64,000 bases of DNA, from the NCBI RefSeq assembly GCF_009914755.1, contig NC_060932.1; one strand, 5' to 3'. The notes beneath the pieces were generated by a model, which saw only the letters and a list, made by a program, of their open reading frames with translations, was not told the DNA's origin and did no database searches. Within the stretch, counting starts at the first letter, position 1. The number at the start of each line of letters is the position of its first letter. This document shows positions 13,123 through 26,748 of the stretch, piece by piece. Made by a program: the position numbers and the translations under genes. Origin of the DNA: the human T2T-CHM13v2.0 reference genome, Homo sapiens.

Positions 13123-13176
13123 GATTTTTGAAAGAGACTTTTTCCAGATAGCAAAAGAAGAGCGATGATCCATCTA

Positions 13177-13589
<413 letters not shown>

Positions 13590-14756
13590 GTGGCTGGGCT
13601 GAGACATCCAGGGTAGAGGCTGTAGGCCTGTAAAGACCTTCGAGGCAACAGGGCTGCCTCCTTGAGGTTTGTAAAGACAGTCATCCACAGTCATGACAAC
13701 AGTTCCACCTGAAGCTTGCCAATGGCCACTCATTTCACCTGCAGCCGTGCCCCTGCAGATGCAAAAGATCTGGAAAAACCTTGTTTATCCCCTAAGACCA
13801 CCAATGGAGGCTTAAATCTGTACCCAGGCCATCCCACTGAGGACACAATGGGAATACCTGTGTGGAAGGCAGAGCCCAGCGGCCATGGTGCTCCGTGGAG
13901 AAGAGAATCTGCATCAGGCCGGCATTAGGAACTTCCCATGGTCTCTAAGGTGCTTGGGGTCACCTCCTCTGATTATGCTGAGGGGGAAGAAATTCAACAC
14001 GTCTCCAGCACATGTGTTCATGGAAGGGCACTCTTCTTCATTCTAATTGCAATGCAACCAGTGCTCAATGAAGGGGCAACAGTAGCGGTAACAACAGGCA
14101 CCAAAGCAAGTGCTATGGACACACAGGCCACCCAGTCTGCAGACTCAGAGCACATTAAAACAGCACCAGCAAGAGCAGCCTTTGTGGATCCAGTAGGACA
14201 TGGAACCAGCACATCAAGGCAGGTGTGCTCAGAGGATCTTTAGGTAGTTGGAGCAACTGCTTACAAGCACTTCCCTGTGCTCAGAGGCTACGTCCTGCAT
14301 GCCAGGAGGAGCTTCTGGTCTCTCCCCAGAGAGCAGCCCAAGTGTGGTGGCTGAAGGAGCGGAAATGACTGGCAAGCCTGCTGCAGAAACAGTTAAAGGC
14401 CTAATGGCAGGACCCCTCGTCTGGGCCTTGCTGATGAAGGATACGCGAGTGAATGGATGAGATGGAAGCCAGAAAGTCTCCCATCCCAAGACTGAAGCCC
14501 AGAGAGAGAGAGAAAGGTAAAGGACAGAACTCCCACAAGACGCCATTGCCATCACCAAAGGACTGGGGCACACAAGTCAACCCTATGAGCATTCATCTTC
14601 TGGTCCTGAGCAGAAGATGATCCCTGCAAGGGACCAATAGGGATGAAAAAATGAAAAGGCTAGAGCAGTTCGGGAGGCTGAGGACGTGGCTTCTCCTCTC
14701 TATGAAAATGCCAGTCCCGTTCTCCCCACAAAGGAGTCTAGGTTATCTCAAAAACT

Positions 14757-14896
14757 GCTGGGGAGCACACACCTATACTGGCAGCTACTCAGGAGACTGA
14801 GGCGGGAGGATCCCTTGAGCCCAGGAATCCAACACCAGCCTGGGCGACATAACAGTACCTGTCTCAAATAATAATAAGAAGAAGAAGAAGAAGAAG
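14757..14896 (+). mobile_element. Alu monomer (FLAM-like) with (AAT)/(AAG)n tail, inside the pseudogene
   Basis: cagctactcaggagactgaggcgggaggatcccttgagcccagg...ctgtctc followed by the tail. Confidence 0.8.
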
Positions 14897-15424
14897 GGAG
14901 AGTCAAACTATGACAAGTTTAGGGTCTTAAGCAAAAATAACTCTTTGCGAAGTTCAGAACCTGCTTTACTCACCTGGAAGAGAGTAGAGAGGTGGAATCA
15001 AGTTTGAGACAGTAGAAAAGGGCAGCATGGAACACCACACAGTCAGGCAGAGTGTGGCAGGGGCTGGGGATCACTGGGACCATAGCCGAGATGAGGGGGA
15101 CAGTAACTTTAAAGCCCATCAAAAAAGGAATCAGAGCATGGAGACCAAGGGGTTTCTGATTTAGGTGGCCTTGATTTAAGTAAATAAGTACAAACAAAAT
15201 ACATTCTTAGAATGAAAAAAAAAAAAACCTGTTAGCTATCATCCAAAGGCACACGTCATTTCATCATGAAACTCACGTATATGCATTGGGAAGAAGCATT
15301 GTTTGAGGTAGGAACGGAAGAGTCGCACACCTGAGTGAAAGGGTGACCATGGCTTGTGCTGGTCAGCAGGAGTTTCTTACCTTCCTTCTTTTTCTCCAAA
15401 AGGCATACATTTCACTATTGAGCT

Positions 15425-15585
15425 TTGTGATTCCTAAATTGTAGTGGGTCTAAGAATCATCTGGGGTGCTTTTCTGAAATGCAGATTCATGGCCCTGGAC
15501 AAACTGAACCAGGATCTCATAGAGTGGGACTATCTTACATGATCCTCATGAGATGATCCAAGGTGTGGACTCAAGGCTAACATTG
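15425..15585. mobile_element. MER5-like hAT-Charlie MITE
   Basis: agaatcatctggggtgcttttctgaaatgcagattc. Confidence 0.55.
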
Positions 15586-16460
15586 GTACATGGTCCAATG
15601 TAAGAAGTGGCCTTGAGAGTTAACAAGTAGGTTTTCGTGTAAATGTGCCCATCCTTTTGGACTATGCATTGGTTCATTTCAATCACAGCTACTGTCAACA
15701 TTTATTCATTAGTTAACCAATATTGGAATAAGAGTTTACTATGTGCCAGACACTGTTTTAGCTGCTTTATTAGTTGAACCTTACATTTTTTGAAGGTCTG
15801 GTTTTTAGAATGCTACATGCAGATTTGCCTGGTGCTCTTTAGCTGGTGGCTGGCATGTCATTGTATGAGTGAGTGCTATATGACCGACCGTTCCTCCTAA
15901 GGGAAAGGGCATGGGAAAGAGAAAAGGGACAATGGCCCTCTTTATCCTTTTCCTTCTGACAATAACCTTTGCAAAGTATAGAACATTCACGGACTTTCCA
16001 AGGCTTTATAATGTTTTATTTATTTAGAAATATAAATAAATACACTGTGAAATATGTGATGGGGGAGGTTGTGAAGCAACCTTCACATAATACATAAGAA
16101 ATTATAAATCTTTCTATTTTGAGACAGTGTCTGCATTGAGAAACAGATAAATCTATCTACCCCTCCTTTTAATCAGTAATCTTATCTCCAATAACACTGG
16201 AATGCACTTGCAGTAACACTTGCTAGGCTGGAAAATAGGTTAATGAGTAGAACAGCATACATATTTCAGGAAAAGAAATAGAATGCTTTATTGCCTCGCG
16301 ATACCAAATAATTGCTTCTTTCTCAGCATTGTCTTGTCTCAGCCTTGTGTAGTATGTAGGAGAAAGAAAAAGTCTTTCATCGAACGATAGTCACCTTTAG
16401 AACATCGTTCTGCTCTGGTTTTATAAACCGAGAGAATGAGAGGTCTGCCATCTTGACATG

Positions 16461-16967
16461 TGTGGTCTAAGGTCTAAAATTAAGGCCGAGTGTTACGTGC
16501 TGCCTTGACATCTGTTGAAACTGGGAGGCCTTGAATGTTCTCACTGCAATTTCCCCTCCTTGCTCTGCTCTTGTGGATAAGGTCCCTTGGCTGAACAACT
16601 TTCCTTTCAAAGGTAGCAGAGGCAGTTCCTGCTTATCCTGGAGTATCCTGGGGTTTCAACTTCCTGCTACTTTTCCGAATTGTTCAAACAAGCCAATCAC
16701 TTCCTCCTATGAACCAACAGACACCTCACCCTCTTGATATTACAAAGCCTGCCTCCCGCAGCCCCTGGTTGTCCACTCTGTTCCTGAATACAACCCTACT
16801 TGGTCTACGGTGTCGCCCCCACTCCCCGGGCAGTGAGTATATCTGACTAATAAATTGCTGTTAATCTAACCTTTCCGTTGTTGGTAGTAGCATCTTCAGC
16901 CATCCTTATAACCCTAGGACAGGAATCCCTCCCTCACCAACTGAATGAATAGGAGGTGATTAAAACA
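16461..16967 (+). mobile_element. ERVL-type solo LTR (MER73/MER74 group, tentative)
   Basis: tgtggtctaaggtctaaaattaaggcc...CCAAT...aataaa...gtgattaaaaca; LTR architecture. Confidence 0.6.
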
Positions 16968-17779
16968 TGTTTTATCCACTGAAATAGGATCTTTCTTAAA
17001 ATAAAATATATATGTGTAATTTTAGAAAGCATTAAAAATTAAGTATTTTTTTCACCAATACTAAGATAACCAGCAAAAGGGCTACTTGGATATTTTCTTT
17101 TTACTGTAGCTTGTCCTCTTAATAGTCTGGAAGCAAAAATATGAAAGGCAGGCCAATTGCACGGTGTCTTAAAGGACCACAGGTTATCACAGTCACTAGT
17201 GAGCCCAGAAATTAGCCAATACTGGATGAAGGAGGAAATTCTCAGGAAGCTAACTAGGCAAATACAAGAAACAAGGCCTCCCACAAGTTTATTTATATCT
17301 GGATTAGGAGTATGATAACACCTATGGGTTGACTCAATAAAAATAAGAGCTCACGTCACAAGGCTCACATAGGACAGCAGGCATCATGGCTCTAGAAGAA
17401 AGGTTTGATGGGAAAGAAGGGAAGAGAGTCCCAGGAGGTATTACCATCCAATCACTTCTCTGACTCTACTGTACATGCCAAGCAGGGGCAGAGCAGCCCT
17501 TCTTGATTTCTACCCAGGCATGATTTTCATGCCCTAGTGCCAGGTAGCAAGGCCGTGAAGGCCCACGCAGGCTCAGTAAGGATTACGTTTTGTAAAGGAT
17601 AACCTAGGAGTTGAAGCCAGCAACAGGGAAGAGGGCTTTGACCTACTGAAGGCAGCACTTGGTTTGGTGGTTGCCTTCGCTTGTGTTTGTGACTGCCTTC
17701 GGAGTGCAGTGCTGAAGTGAATCATACAACTTATCTGCACAACATCAAATGCAGCTGGCTTTTCTAGTAACAAAGTTGC

Positions 17780-17970
17780 TACCATTTATTAGCAACTACA
17801 TGGGTGCTAATCACACACTGGTTTATTATCTTCTTTAATCCACTTAATTTTTCAAGTTAAGTACTCTTATCTACCTACATCTTGCAAATGAGGAAACGGC
17901 ATTAAGCAACTTATTCAAAGTTGCATAGCTCTACAAGGAGTAGAGCCTGGACTCAAAGCTAGACCCAGGG
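17780..17970 (-). mobile_element. MIR
   Basis: Core caaatgaggaaac...aacttattcaaagttgcatagc. Confidence 0.65.
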
Positions 17971-17979
17971 TTCAATCTT

Positions 17980-18481
17980 TTTTTAAAATCAATTTTATTG
18001 TATATATTTGAGGTTTACAACATGATGTCATAGGATACATATAGATAGTAAAATGGTTACTATAGTGAAACACATGAACATATCATTTCACAGAGTTACT
18101 GCTTTGTGATGAGCAGTGAAAATCTACTTATTTAACAAACATCCTTAATACAATTTTATTAACTATAGTTCCCATGCTGTACATTAGATCTTCAGACTTT
18201 TTCATCCTACGTATCTGCTACTTTGACCTACATCTCCCCATCCCACCCCGCTGCCTCTTGACCTTTTTGTTGTTGTTTAGATTCCACATAAAAGTGAGAT
18301 CATGAAATATTTTTCTTTATATGTCTGGCTTATTTCACTTAATATAATGAAAGTTGTGTGTGCGTATACACGTATATATGTATGTATGTATTATATATAA
18401 TGTATATATAATGAAATATTATTCAGCCTCAAATTAGAACGAGATTCTGCCATTTGTCACAGCATGAATGGACCTGCAGGA
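17980..18481 (-). mobile_element. 5'-inverted (twin-primed) L1MA 3' fragment
   Basis: Minus-strand 3' end 17980-18349 joined to a plus-strand adjacent L1 segment 18349-18481; TSD ttca(a/t)tctt. Confidence 0.8.
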
Positions 18482-19581
18482 TTCATTCTTAATAGCACCC
18501 AGGGTGTGTCTGAGAATTTCTGGGGAGAAGGGACTAGAAAAAGAAGGTTACCTAGGACTATCAACTCCAAGTACAATGCTACTAAGAAAATAGGCCATGT
18601 CTTTAATACAAGTATAGGCAAGTTTGTTTTTGACAGAAGAAAAAAAAATCAACCAGGTGTCCCACAAGCATATACCATTAGGACCCATTCACTGTAGACT
18701 ACATTATAATAGACTAGTCATATAGAGCTGAATCCTTTAATAGAAAGTGACGTTATAATTAAATAACATGAAACAAACACATATTTACATTGTGTGTTTT
18801 CCTGTCACTTCCAAATAGTTTGCAACTTATTGTACAAATTTATTGAAGCAGTATTTTCTGTTCTACAGAAAGCATAATCCAAAACATGGGTGCTCTGAAG
18901 GGCACCGTTCTGCACTGGTTATGTGTTTCTCTCTCTTTTCCTTATGTAAGCGTGTTTATATTATATAACATCAATACCCAGAGTAGTAGCCAAATGATGT
19001 TATGCTAACTGATGGGAACAGAAAAGTACTGCAGAGCTCAGCACCTCACAACAGCCCTTCCTTCTGATGGTATCTGGTAATTAGAAGCTACTCACCTTGA
19101 GAACACACCCCTTGTAGATCTGTAATTAGTTCAGTTAGTTTTACTGCTTCTTTGACATTGATCATAGTCTCCTTTGAAGTACCAAAAAAAAAGAAGAATA
19201 GGAAAAACTGACCCGGTTCATACCTGGTGACTTTTATCAATGTCTCTTGTATGAATCTATTGTTATGAGGTATTTTAGACATACTGATTTATAATGGCAT
19301 TTACAGAGCTTAATGTTAGGTCTGAAAGATTCACTTGTAAATTACATAACTTCAGTACATTCATGCTAATTGTGTTGGTTCAGAAAAAATGTTTAAATTG
19401 ACTTCAAATCACTATGTTTTGGAGACACTGCCTTTCATTAAACCTGCTCATGGTAAAACCAGACTACTTTAGTATCCTTCACTACTTCAGTAGTTATTGT
19501 AATTAGTATTTATGTGCACTATTTAAATATATAATTATCTGCACACATATGCTCTATCACCTCTAATTTGCTTTGACTCCA

Positions 19582-19767
19582 TTGTTGGTGTTGTCGTTGT
19601 TGTTGTTGTTGAGACAGGATATCTCTCTGTTGCCCGGGCCTGGAATGCACTCAAGTGCAGTGGTGCAATTACAATTAACTGCAGCCTTGACCTCCTGGGC
19701 TCAAGCAGTAATTCCTTTTTAGCCTCCCAAGTAGCTAGGACTATAGGCATATACCACCACACCCTGA
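19582..19767 (-). mobile_element. Alu right monomer (FRAM/AluJ-like) with (GTT)n tail
   Basis: gagacagg...cctcctgggctcaagc...ccaccacacc. Confidence 0.85.
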
Positions 19768-20479
19768 CTCTTCCTTAATACACTGCAAGTTTTATGTTAG
19801 GATGGATATATGTCTTCTGCCTCCACAGGCTTCAAAACTCCAAGCAGAATTATCTGAATATTGTGAACACACACACACATACACACACAACAGGATGTTG
19901 TTGGACAATAAGAGTTTCAAGTCAATTTCAAGTCAATTAACAATATTGTAGCTTTGTAAGTATCTCACAGGAATCAAACCTAAATGACTTTTCCCAAATA
20001 CAAGCCCTCTCTTGGGTAGTTTTTATCTTAGAGTAAAACACTTTCAAATTACTTGTTTGTAGTTTATATAATCAAATGGCCGAATGCTTTGCTCCTCTGA
20101 GAGCCAACATTAAAAGGAAATTCAACATCTAAGTATTCATTTACAAACCATCTTACTGTATCTAAAGACTAAAGATAGTTTAAATGTATATCCTATTTCT
20201 AGGTTATGCCGATTTATCTACTTACCTTTTTCCCAGCTTTTTCATTCAGATCCCATCGGTAATATTTTATTTTCCCAGCCCATATATGCAAGTATTTCTA
20301 GATCCATCAGTTACCTTATAGGTGTTCCTTATTTAATAAAGTCATATATATATATGTCCAAACTTCCCCAGTGGTTAAATTGGGAGACATATAATTTTAC
20401 ATTACAAATAATTTTTCACTTTATAAAAAGGAGCTCTCATCCCTTTTTTCTATAAATATCATTGATTATATTTGTAAAT

Positions 20480-20606
20480 GAAGAGTTCTGTGGTTGGATG
20501 GTGGTGATGATAGCACAAAAATGTGAAAGTATTTAATGTCCCTGAACGGTACACATAAAAATGGTAAAGATGGCAAATTTTATATTATGTGCATTTTATC
20601 ACAATT
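20480..20606 (+). mobile_element. L1MB-like 3' end
   Basis: gttctgtggttggatggtggtgatg...aaaatggtaaagatggcaaattttatattatgtg. Confidence 0.7.
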
Positions 20607-20698
20607 ATATATACATAATTATTACAATTACATATATATATAATCACAATGATATATATGCATATATATGTGTGTATATTTGTGTGTGTGTATATATA

Positions 20699-20762
<64 letters not shown>
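20607..20762. repeat. (TA)n/(TG)n compound microsatellite
   Basis: Direct reading. Confidence 0.9.
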
Positions 20763-20922
20763 AATAATTGAGGCATCTCTGTGGGCCTGCACCGTGCTGG
20801 GTGCTGGGGCCAGGACACTGAGTGAGGCAGAGATCATCACTACCCACACGGAGCCTGCAGTCTAGTGGGACAAACATCTAGTCCACTGACCATGTAATCC
20901 AGCAAATGTGGCCTAGTGCTAT

Positions 20923-21447
20923 CAAGGCAGGAGATCAGCAGGACTTGTTTTTGGAACACTGGTCATGACCCCAATCAATCACGACCCCGCTGATTGGAGC
21001 AGGATCTGGTCAAAACAGGGTGCAGTGAAGAAGCTGGCCAAAACCAGTAGATGGTGATGAAAGCAACCTCTAGTTCCCCTCACTGTTCATTAGCATAAAG
21101 ACACTCCCACCAGTGCCATGACAATTTACAAATGCCATGGCAATGAACCACGGCAATGGCCCATAAACAGTTACCTCTTATGGTTGCAGAACATCCCTGC
21201 CTCATTTCCAGAAAGTTCTGAATAACCTGCCTCTTAATTAGCATATCATTGAAAGTGGGTATAAACACAGCTGCCAACAGCCCATACATTGCTACTCTGG
21301 GCACATTGCCTATGGGTTAGCCCTGCTCTGCAAGGAGCAGTCCTTTGCTCCTGCTGTACAATGCTGCTTCAACAAAAGCTGCTGTCTAACACCAGCAGCT
21401 CACCCTCGAATTCTTTCCTGGATGAAGCCAAGAACCCACCCCTCTCA
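20923..21447 (+). mobile_element. MER41-family ERV1 solo LTR (MER41C/D/E-like)
   Basis: agacactcccaccagtgccatgacaatttacaaatgccatggcaa...ctgggcacattgcctatgggttagccctgctctgcaagg...gaattctttcctggatgaagccaagaaccc. Confidence 0.85.
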
Positions 21448-21579
21448 GGGAGGTCATGTGAGAGATAGCCCAAGCATTGTCATCTTACCTAAAAATTTCC
21501 AGCCCTTTCTCCAATGTCTCTACATGCCTGCCCAGATTCAGCAATTCTTAGAAAATAACTGAGAAGTAAAGTGTAGACG

Positions 21580-21987
21580 AAGGAAAGTGTATATTGGTAA
21601 AAGCATATTAACTTTTGAAACAAACGAATCCCACCACTGCAGTTAACACAGCACACGTTTTTTTCTGCCTCAGTCATCCAAATGAGAATGTGGTGCTGCC
21701 TGCTCCTCAGAGTCATTCAAGAATCCAGGTTGCCATAGCCCTGCCCTCTTAAGTAGTTGGCTTCCAAAATTGTGCTAACCATCAACATCCAGCAAGCAGT
21801 TGTTGGAAAGGAATAGATTACATGTGAGAGCTTTCGCTTGCTCAGACCTAGACAAAGTGTCCATCACTTTCACTCACATTCCTCTGGATAGAATTCCACC
21901 TGCAAGGGAACTTAGAGATGCAGCCTGGCTGTGTGTCCAGGAAGAAAAGGAAACAAGTTTGATGATCACTTAGCCATCTCAGTCTCA
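21580..21987 (-). mobile_element. Old MaLR LTR (MLT1J/K-like)
   Basis: catcactttcactcacattcc...gctgtgtgtccaggaagaaaaggaaacaag. Confidence 0.55.
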
Positions 21988-22819
21988 TCAAAGACGCTGT
22001 GGTTCTCATATACAAAGAGTTATAAAAGTAGGAATGGAGGACAGATGTTGGAAACTGTATTTTATTTACTCCTTTGCTTATAGTTACAGGGATCAGAAAT
22101 TAGGAGTCAAAAAACAATAATTTATTGTTTTATAATAGAAGAATATGTATCAGAAATTTGGAATAGTTATTAACTTCCCTCAACTAAAGATCTGGAAAAG
22201 GAACTTGGTTACAACCTACATTCAGGAAGGGGCTCAATAGTGATTCATATATAATATATGTTGGCAAACATTAAATTAGTCTCTACTTACTACAAGTAAA
22301 GATAAGAAATAAATGGAGCCTATAAAAATTTGCTCAGATGAAATGAAATATCATATGGAGACAAATTAAAAATGCACCCCTGAATGTGACTTATTACAGA
22401 AATCAGAAGAAAAGCACCCTCAGTAGACTGTAAGACTGCAAAGCCTCCAGGAAATAAAAGGTGTAAGTACAAGCAATGAAAAATCAAGATGAAAGAATGG
22501 TCATGTAGAGAAAAGGAAAGGAGAGGGTTATTTATGACATTGGACAGGATCAAAAGGACACTAAAAATACAATGGAATAATTCACTGTTGAAGATGTGTA
22601 AGGCACAATTGGAGTGGATGAAAATGAGTTAGGGATATGGAAACAAAGTTGAGTTCTTACAGAATGAAAATAGAGTGGATGGATGTGAAAAGATAAAAGA
22701 AGGAAGGTAGCTATGATCAGAGAACTCAGAGCATCGTACGGGTAACTTAGGTTCTAGACAAAAGGTCAGAGAAATACTCTGCAAAAGTGATCATATATAC
22801 ATACACATATATATGTGCA

Positions 22820-22849
22820 TGTATATATATAGAGAGAGAGAGAGAGAGC

Positions 22850-22888
<39 letters not shown>
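22820..22888. repeat. (TA)n(GA)n microsatellite in degraded L1M-like sequence
   Basis: Direct reading. Confidence 0.85.
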
Positions 22889-22891
<3 letters not shown>

Positions 22892-23864
22892 TTTAAGAAT
22901 CATTTAATTCCAGGCAAAAATCAAGTACAAAGAGATACAAAGAGCTACATCCTGGCACTCATTTTGAATTATAAGGATAAAAAATTTAAATCCTATCCAG
23001 GCTACAAGACAAGGTACTTAGAAAAAAAGGATAAATGGACTTTGAGATCAGCTGGGTTCTATCTAATACTAAGACAAAATTATTTCAGATCCAGCTCTTC
23101 ATAGGCAGCCAAATTGTCCTTCAGGTGAAATAAAGATGTGTATATAAATGCCATAGCTTAGAGAAAGTATCATCCATGTACAATTTTTGAAAAACTATTA
23201 CTTGATTATATGATCACGTTGACTACGAATGAAGCAAAATTATGAGCTCAGGAATAGGGAAATAGTGGCACAAGAGTACTTGGAGTGAGCACCAAAAGCA
23301 TTTGTATGTAGGTTTAAATCTAATCCATGTGCAAAAGTAAATGATCTGAACTATTTCTTGAAAGAGAAAATATATAATGTAAGATAATAATTTTAAAACA
23401 GTAATATTAACCTATATTCTCAAGTTATACTAATAAAAACTGAAAAATCAAAGGGATTGTGATTGTATTTATTTCCTTAGCTTAGCTAGAAGATGACCCA
23501 AAGGATTTATTTTGGTTCAGATTATTAGGGAAATAAAAATCGAAGAAGGCTTTTGAATCTTAAAGCAAACCATAAATAGTTTAACATAGAGCTTGTATAT
23601 CCCAAATCAGTAGAAAAGATAAAAATAAAACCATGTCTGCATTTTTAGCAGTGAGAAACAAAATGGAGTCGCTGTAAAAAAAAAAAAAAAGGCACAAAAC
23701 AAGATGACATAAGTGAGACCACATGATAAGGCATAAGGAAAGATGTCAGAAAATATGTCAGAAGTTAGACTAACCTTATTAGTTATAACAATAGATGGAA
23801 ATGTACAAAAAATAAAAGTAACAAAAGCAACATCGAATGGTCAAAATTCCCAATTTAACCTCTA

Positions 23865-24110
23865 CAGATCATTCACGACTTAAGATAGCTGGACTTATGA
23901 TGTTTTTGACTTTATCATGGGGCAAAAGCAATATGCATTTAGTAAAAGCCGTACTTTGAATTTTAATTTTTTCCCAACTGTAGGTTAATGTCAGTATTCT
24001 GAGCACCTTTAAGGCAGGATGGGATAAGGTATGATGTCTGGTAGGCTAGGTGTATTAAATGCATTTTCGACTTACGAGATTTTCAACTTATGATGGGTTT
24101 ATGGAGATGA
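23865..24110 (-). mobile_element. MER47A-like (Tigger) DNA transposon
   Basis: ggtgtattaaatgcattttcgacttacga...tttcaacttatgatgggtttat. Confidence 0.75.
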
Positions 24111-24760
24111 TAAGTTTATCACTTATGCAAATGAAGAAGTTTAAAAGAAACGTAAAACAAAACTATGAAAAACAAAATTATAGAATTCATAAAGATAAAA
24201 GCAGAAATTCAATAACAGAAATACATTACATCTTAAACATTCTCATAAACCTTATAGATGTAACACAAGAAGTTCTTAGATACAAGTTATCTCAGGGAAA
24301 CAATATTTACCTAACGCCATATAAACCAATGTTATGTTCACTTGTAATGTGTCAATATTTGCTAACAATGACGGATTATGACATTTTCTTGTCAAAATGG
24401 CTTACCATCACCTATGTAGGTCTGGAGTGGCTTTTAAAATTCAGATATTCACTAGTGCAGATGTGTGAAAAGACTCACCTATGAGGATACTTCTCATGAT
24501 TTTTTTCACTGTGAAAAATTGGAAAACATAAAAGGCGGATTTTAATTTAATAAATTATTCTACCCATATGGACTAACACTGTGCAATCAATAAAATGGTA
24601 CTACAGAAAAATATCAAACAACATTGAAATGCTCCCAATACATTAAGATTCCAAAAAGCAACTCGTAAAATGTAATGCAATCTCGTTTGTTTAAATACAC
24701 ACACGCACAGAGCAGAGAGAAAGGGAACACTAGATACTGTAGATAAAAATTACAGTGGGG

Positions 24761-24894
24761 AGGGGAGGGAACTTAGAAGACTGGTCAATAGGTGCAGCAA
24801 ACCACCGTGGCACATGTATACCTACGTAACAAACCTGCATTTTCTACACATGTATCCCAGAACTCAAAGTAAAATAAAATAAAATAAATCTTAA
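24761..24894 (+). mobile_element. Short 5'-truncated L1PA 3' end
   Basis: ataggtgcagcaaaccaccgtggcac...ccagaactcaaagtaaaat; 16-bp TSD AAAAATTACAGTGGGG at 24745-24760 and 24895-24910. Confidence 0.9.
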
Positions 24895-25321
24895 AAAAAT
24901 TACAGTGGGGTTGCTAGTGATCTCTTTTTCTTTGTGTTTCTCTGAATCTTTCCATTTCTAACATGAATTTATTTTATACTCAGAAAAACAAATCATAAAT
25001 GTTATATTTTTAAAAATATTAGTGCCTTCCATAATATTTTATGAGAAATTCAAGTAAAGTAATACCAAAATTAGTCTTTTTTTTAACTTAGCACGTATTT
25101 ATAGAGTGTGTACTAACTGGTAGGCACTGTTTATACACTGGAGATACAACAGTGAACAAAACCAAGTCCCCGCCCTCCTCTCACTATAGACAGAGGGAAA
25201 GATAGAAGATAAACAAATATAAGTATATGTAATAACATTTGGTAACAATGTCATGAAGGAAATTATAGCAGCATAAAAAATAAGGAGTAATGAAAGACAG
25301 ATGTGTTATTTTATAGTATAG

Positions 25322-25644
<323 letters not shown>

Positions 25645-26616
25645 TATTTTTTCCTTTGATTTTCAGTTGACACACAATTGTACATATTTATGGAATACAG
25701 AGTGATATTTTGATACATGTATACAATGTGTAATGATGAAATGTATAAAGATAAAAATAACAAACGCCTCCAACGTTCATCATTTGTTTGTGTTATGGAC
25801 ATTTAAAATCCTGTCTTCTAGCTTTTTGAAAATATGAACTAAATTATTGTTAACCATATTTGCCCAACAGTGCTACAAAATACTAGAACTTTTTTCTCCT
25901 ATCTAGCAGTACAATGTAACTTTGTATTCATTAACCTCTTTCCCTATCCTCTCCCTCCTCCTATCATTCCCAGCTTCTAATGACTACAATTCTTCTTTCC
26001 ACTTTTATAAGCTCAGTATTTCTTGGCTCTCGTATATGAGTGAGAACATGTGGTGTTTATTTTTCTGTGCCTGACTTATTTCACTTAACATGATATCCTC
26101 CAGGCTCATCCATGTTACTGCGAATAACAAAATTTCATTGTTTTTTATGGCTGAATAGTATTTCATTGTGTATATATTCCACATTTATCCTTTCATCTTT
26201 TGACGGACATTTAGGTTGATTCTATATCCTGGCTATAGTGAAGAGCGCTGCAAAAAAACATGGGAATAAAGTTTTCCCTTCGATATAGAGGTTTCCTTTC
26301 CTTTAGATTAATTCCCAGCAGTGAGAACACTGGATTCTATGGTCTTCCTATTTTCAGTTTCTTGAAAAACCTCCATACTGTTTTCCATAATGGCTATACT
26401 AATTTACATTCCCACCAACAGTGTATGAATTCCCTTTTCTCTGCATCCTTGCCAGTATTTGTTATTTTTTGTCTTTTTGATTATAGCCATTCTAACTGGG
26501 GTAAGATGATATATGGGTATGATTTTGATTTGCATTTCCCTGATGATTGGTGTTGTTGAGCATTTTTTTTCACATATTTGTTGGCTGTTTGTATGTCTTC
26601 TTTTGAAAAATATTTC

Positions 26617-26748
26617 GTGCCTACAATCCCAGATACTCCGGAGGCTGAGGCAGTAGAATCGCTTGAACCCAGGAAGCGAAGTTGTGGTAAGTGGAGATTG
26701 TACCATTGCACTCCAGCCTGGGCGACAGAGCAAGACTCCATCTCAAAA
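26617..26748 (+). mobile_element. Alu right-arm fragment followed by (TA)n
   Basis: gtgcctacaatcccagatactccggaggctgagg...ccatctcaaaa. Confidence 0.85.

Noticed and set aside
24059-24484. 141-aa ATG ORF
   Set aside because: Spans MER47 and degraded L1 sequence; a chance ORF.
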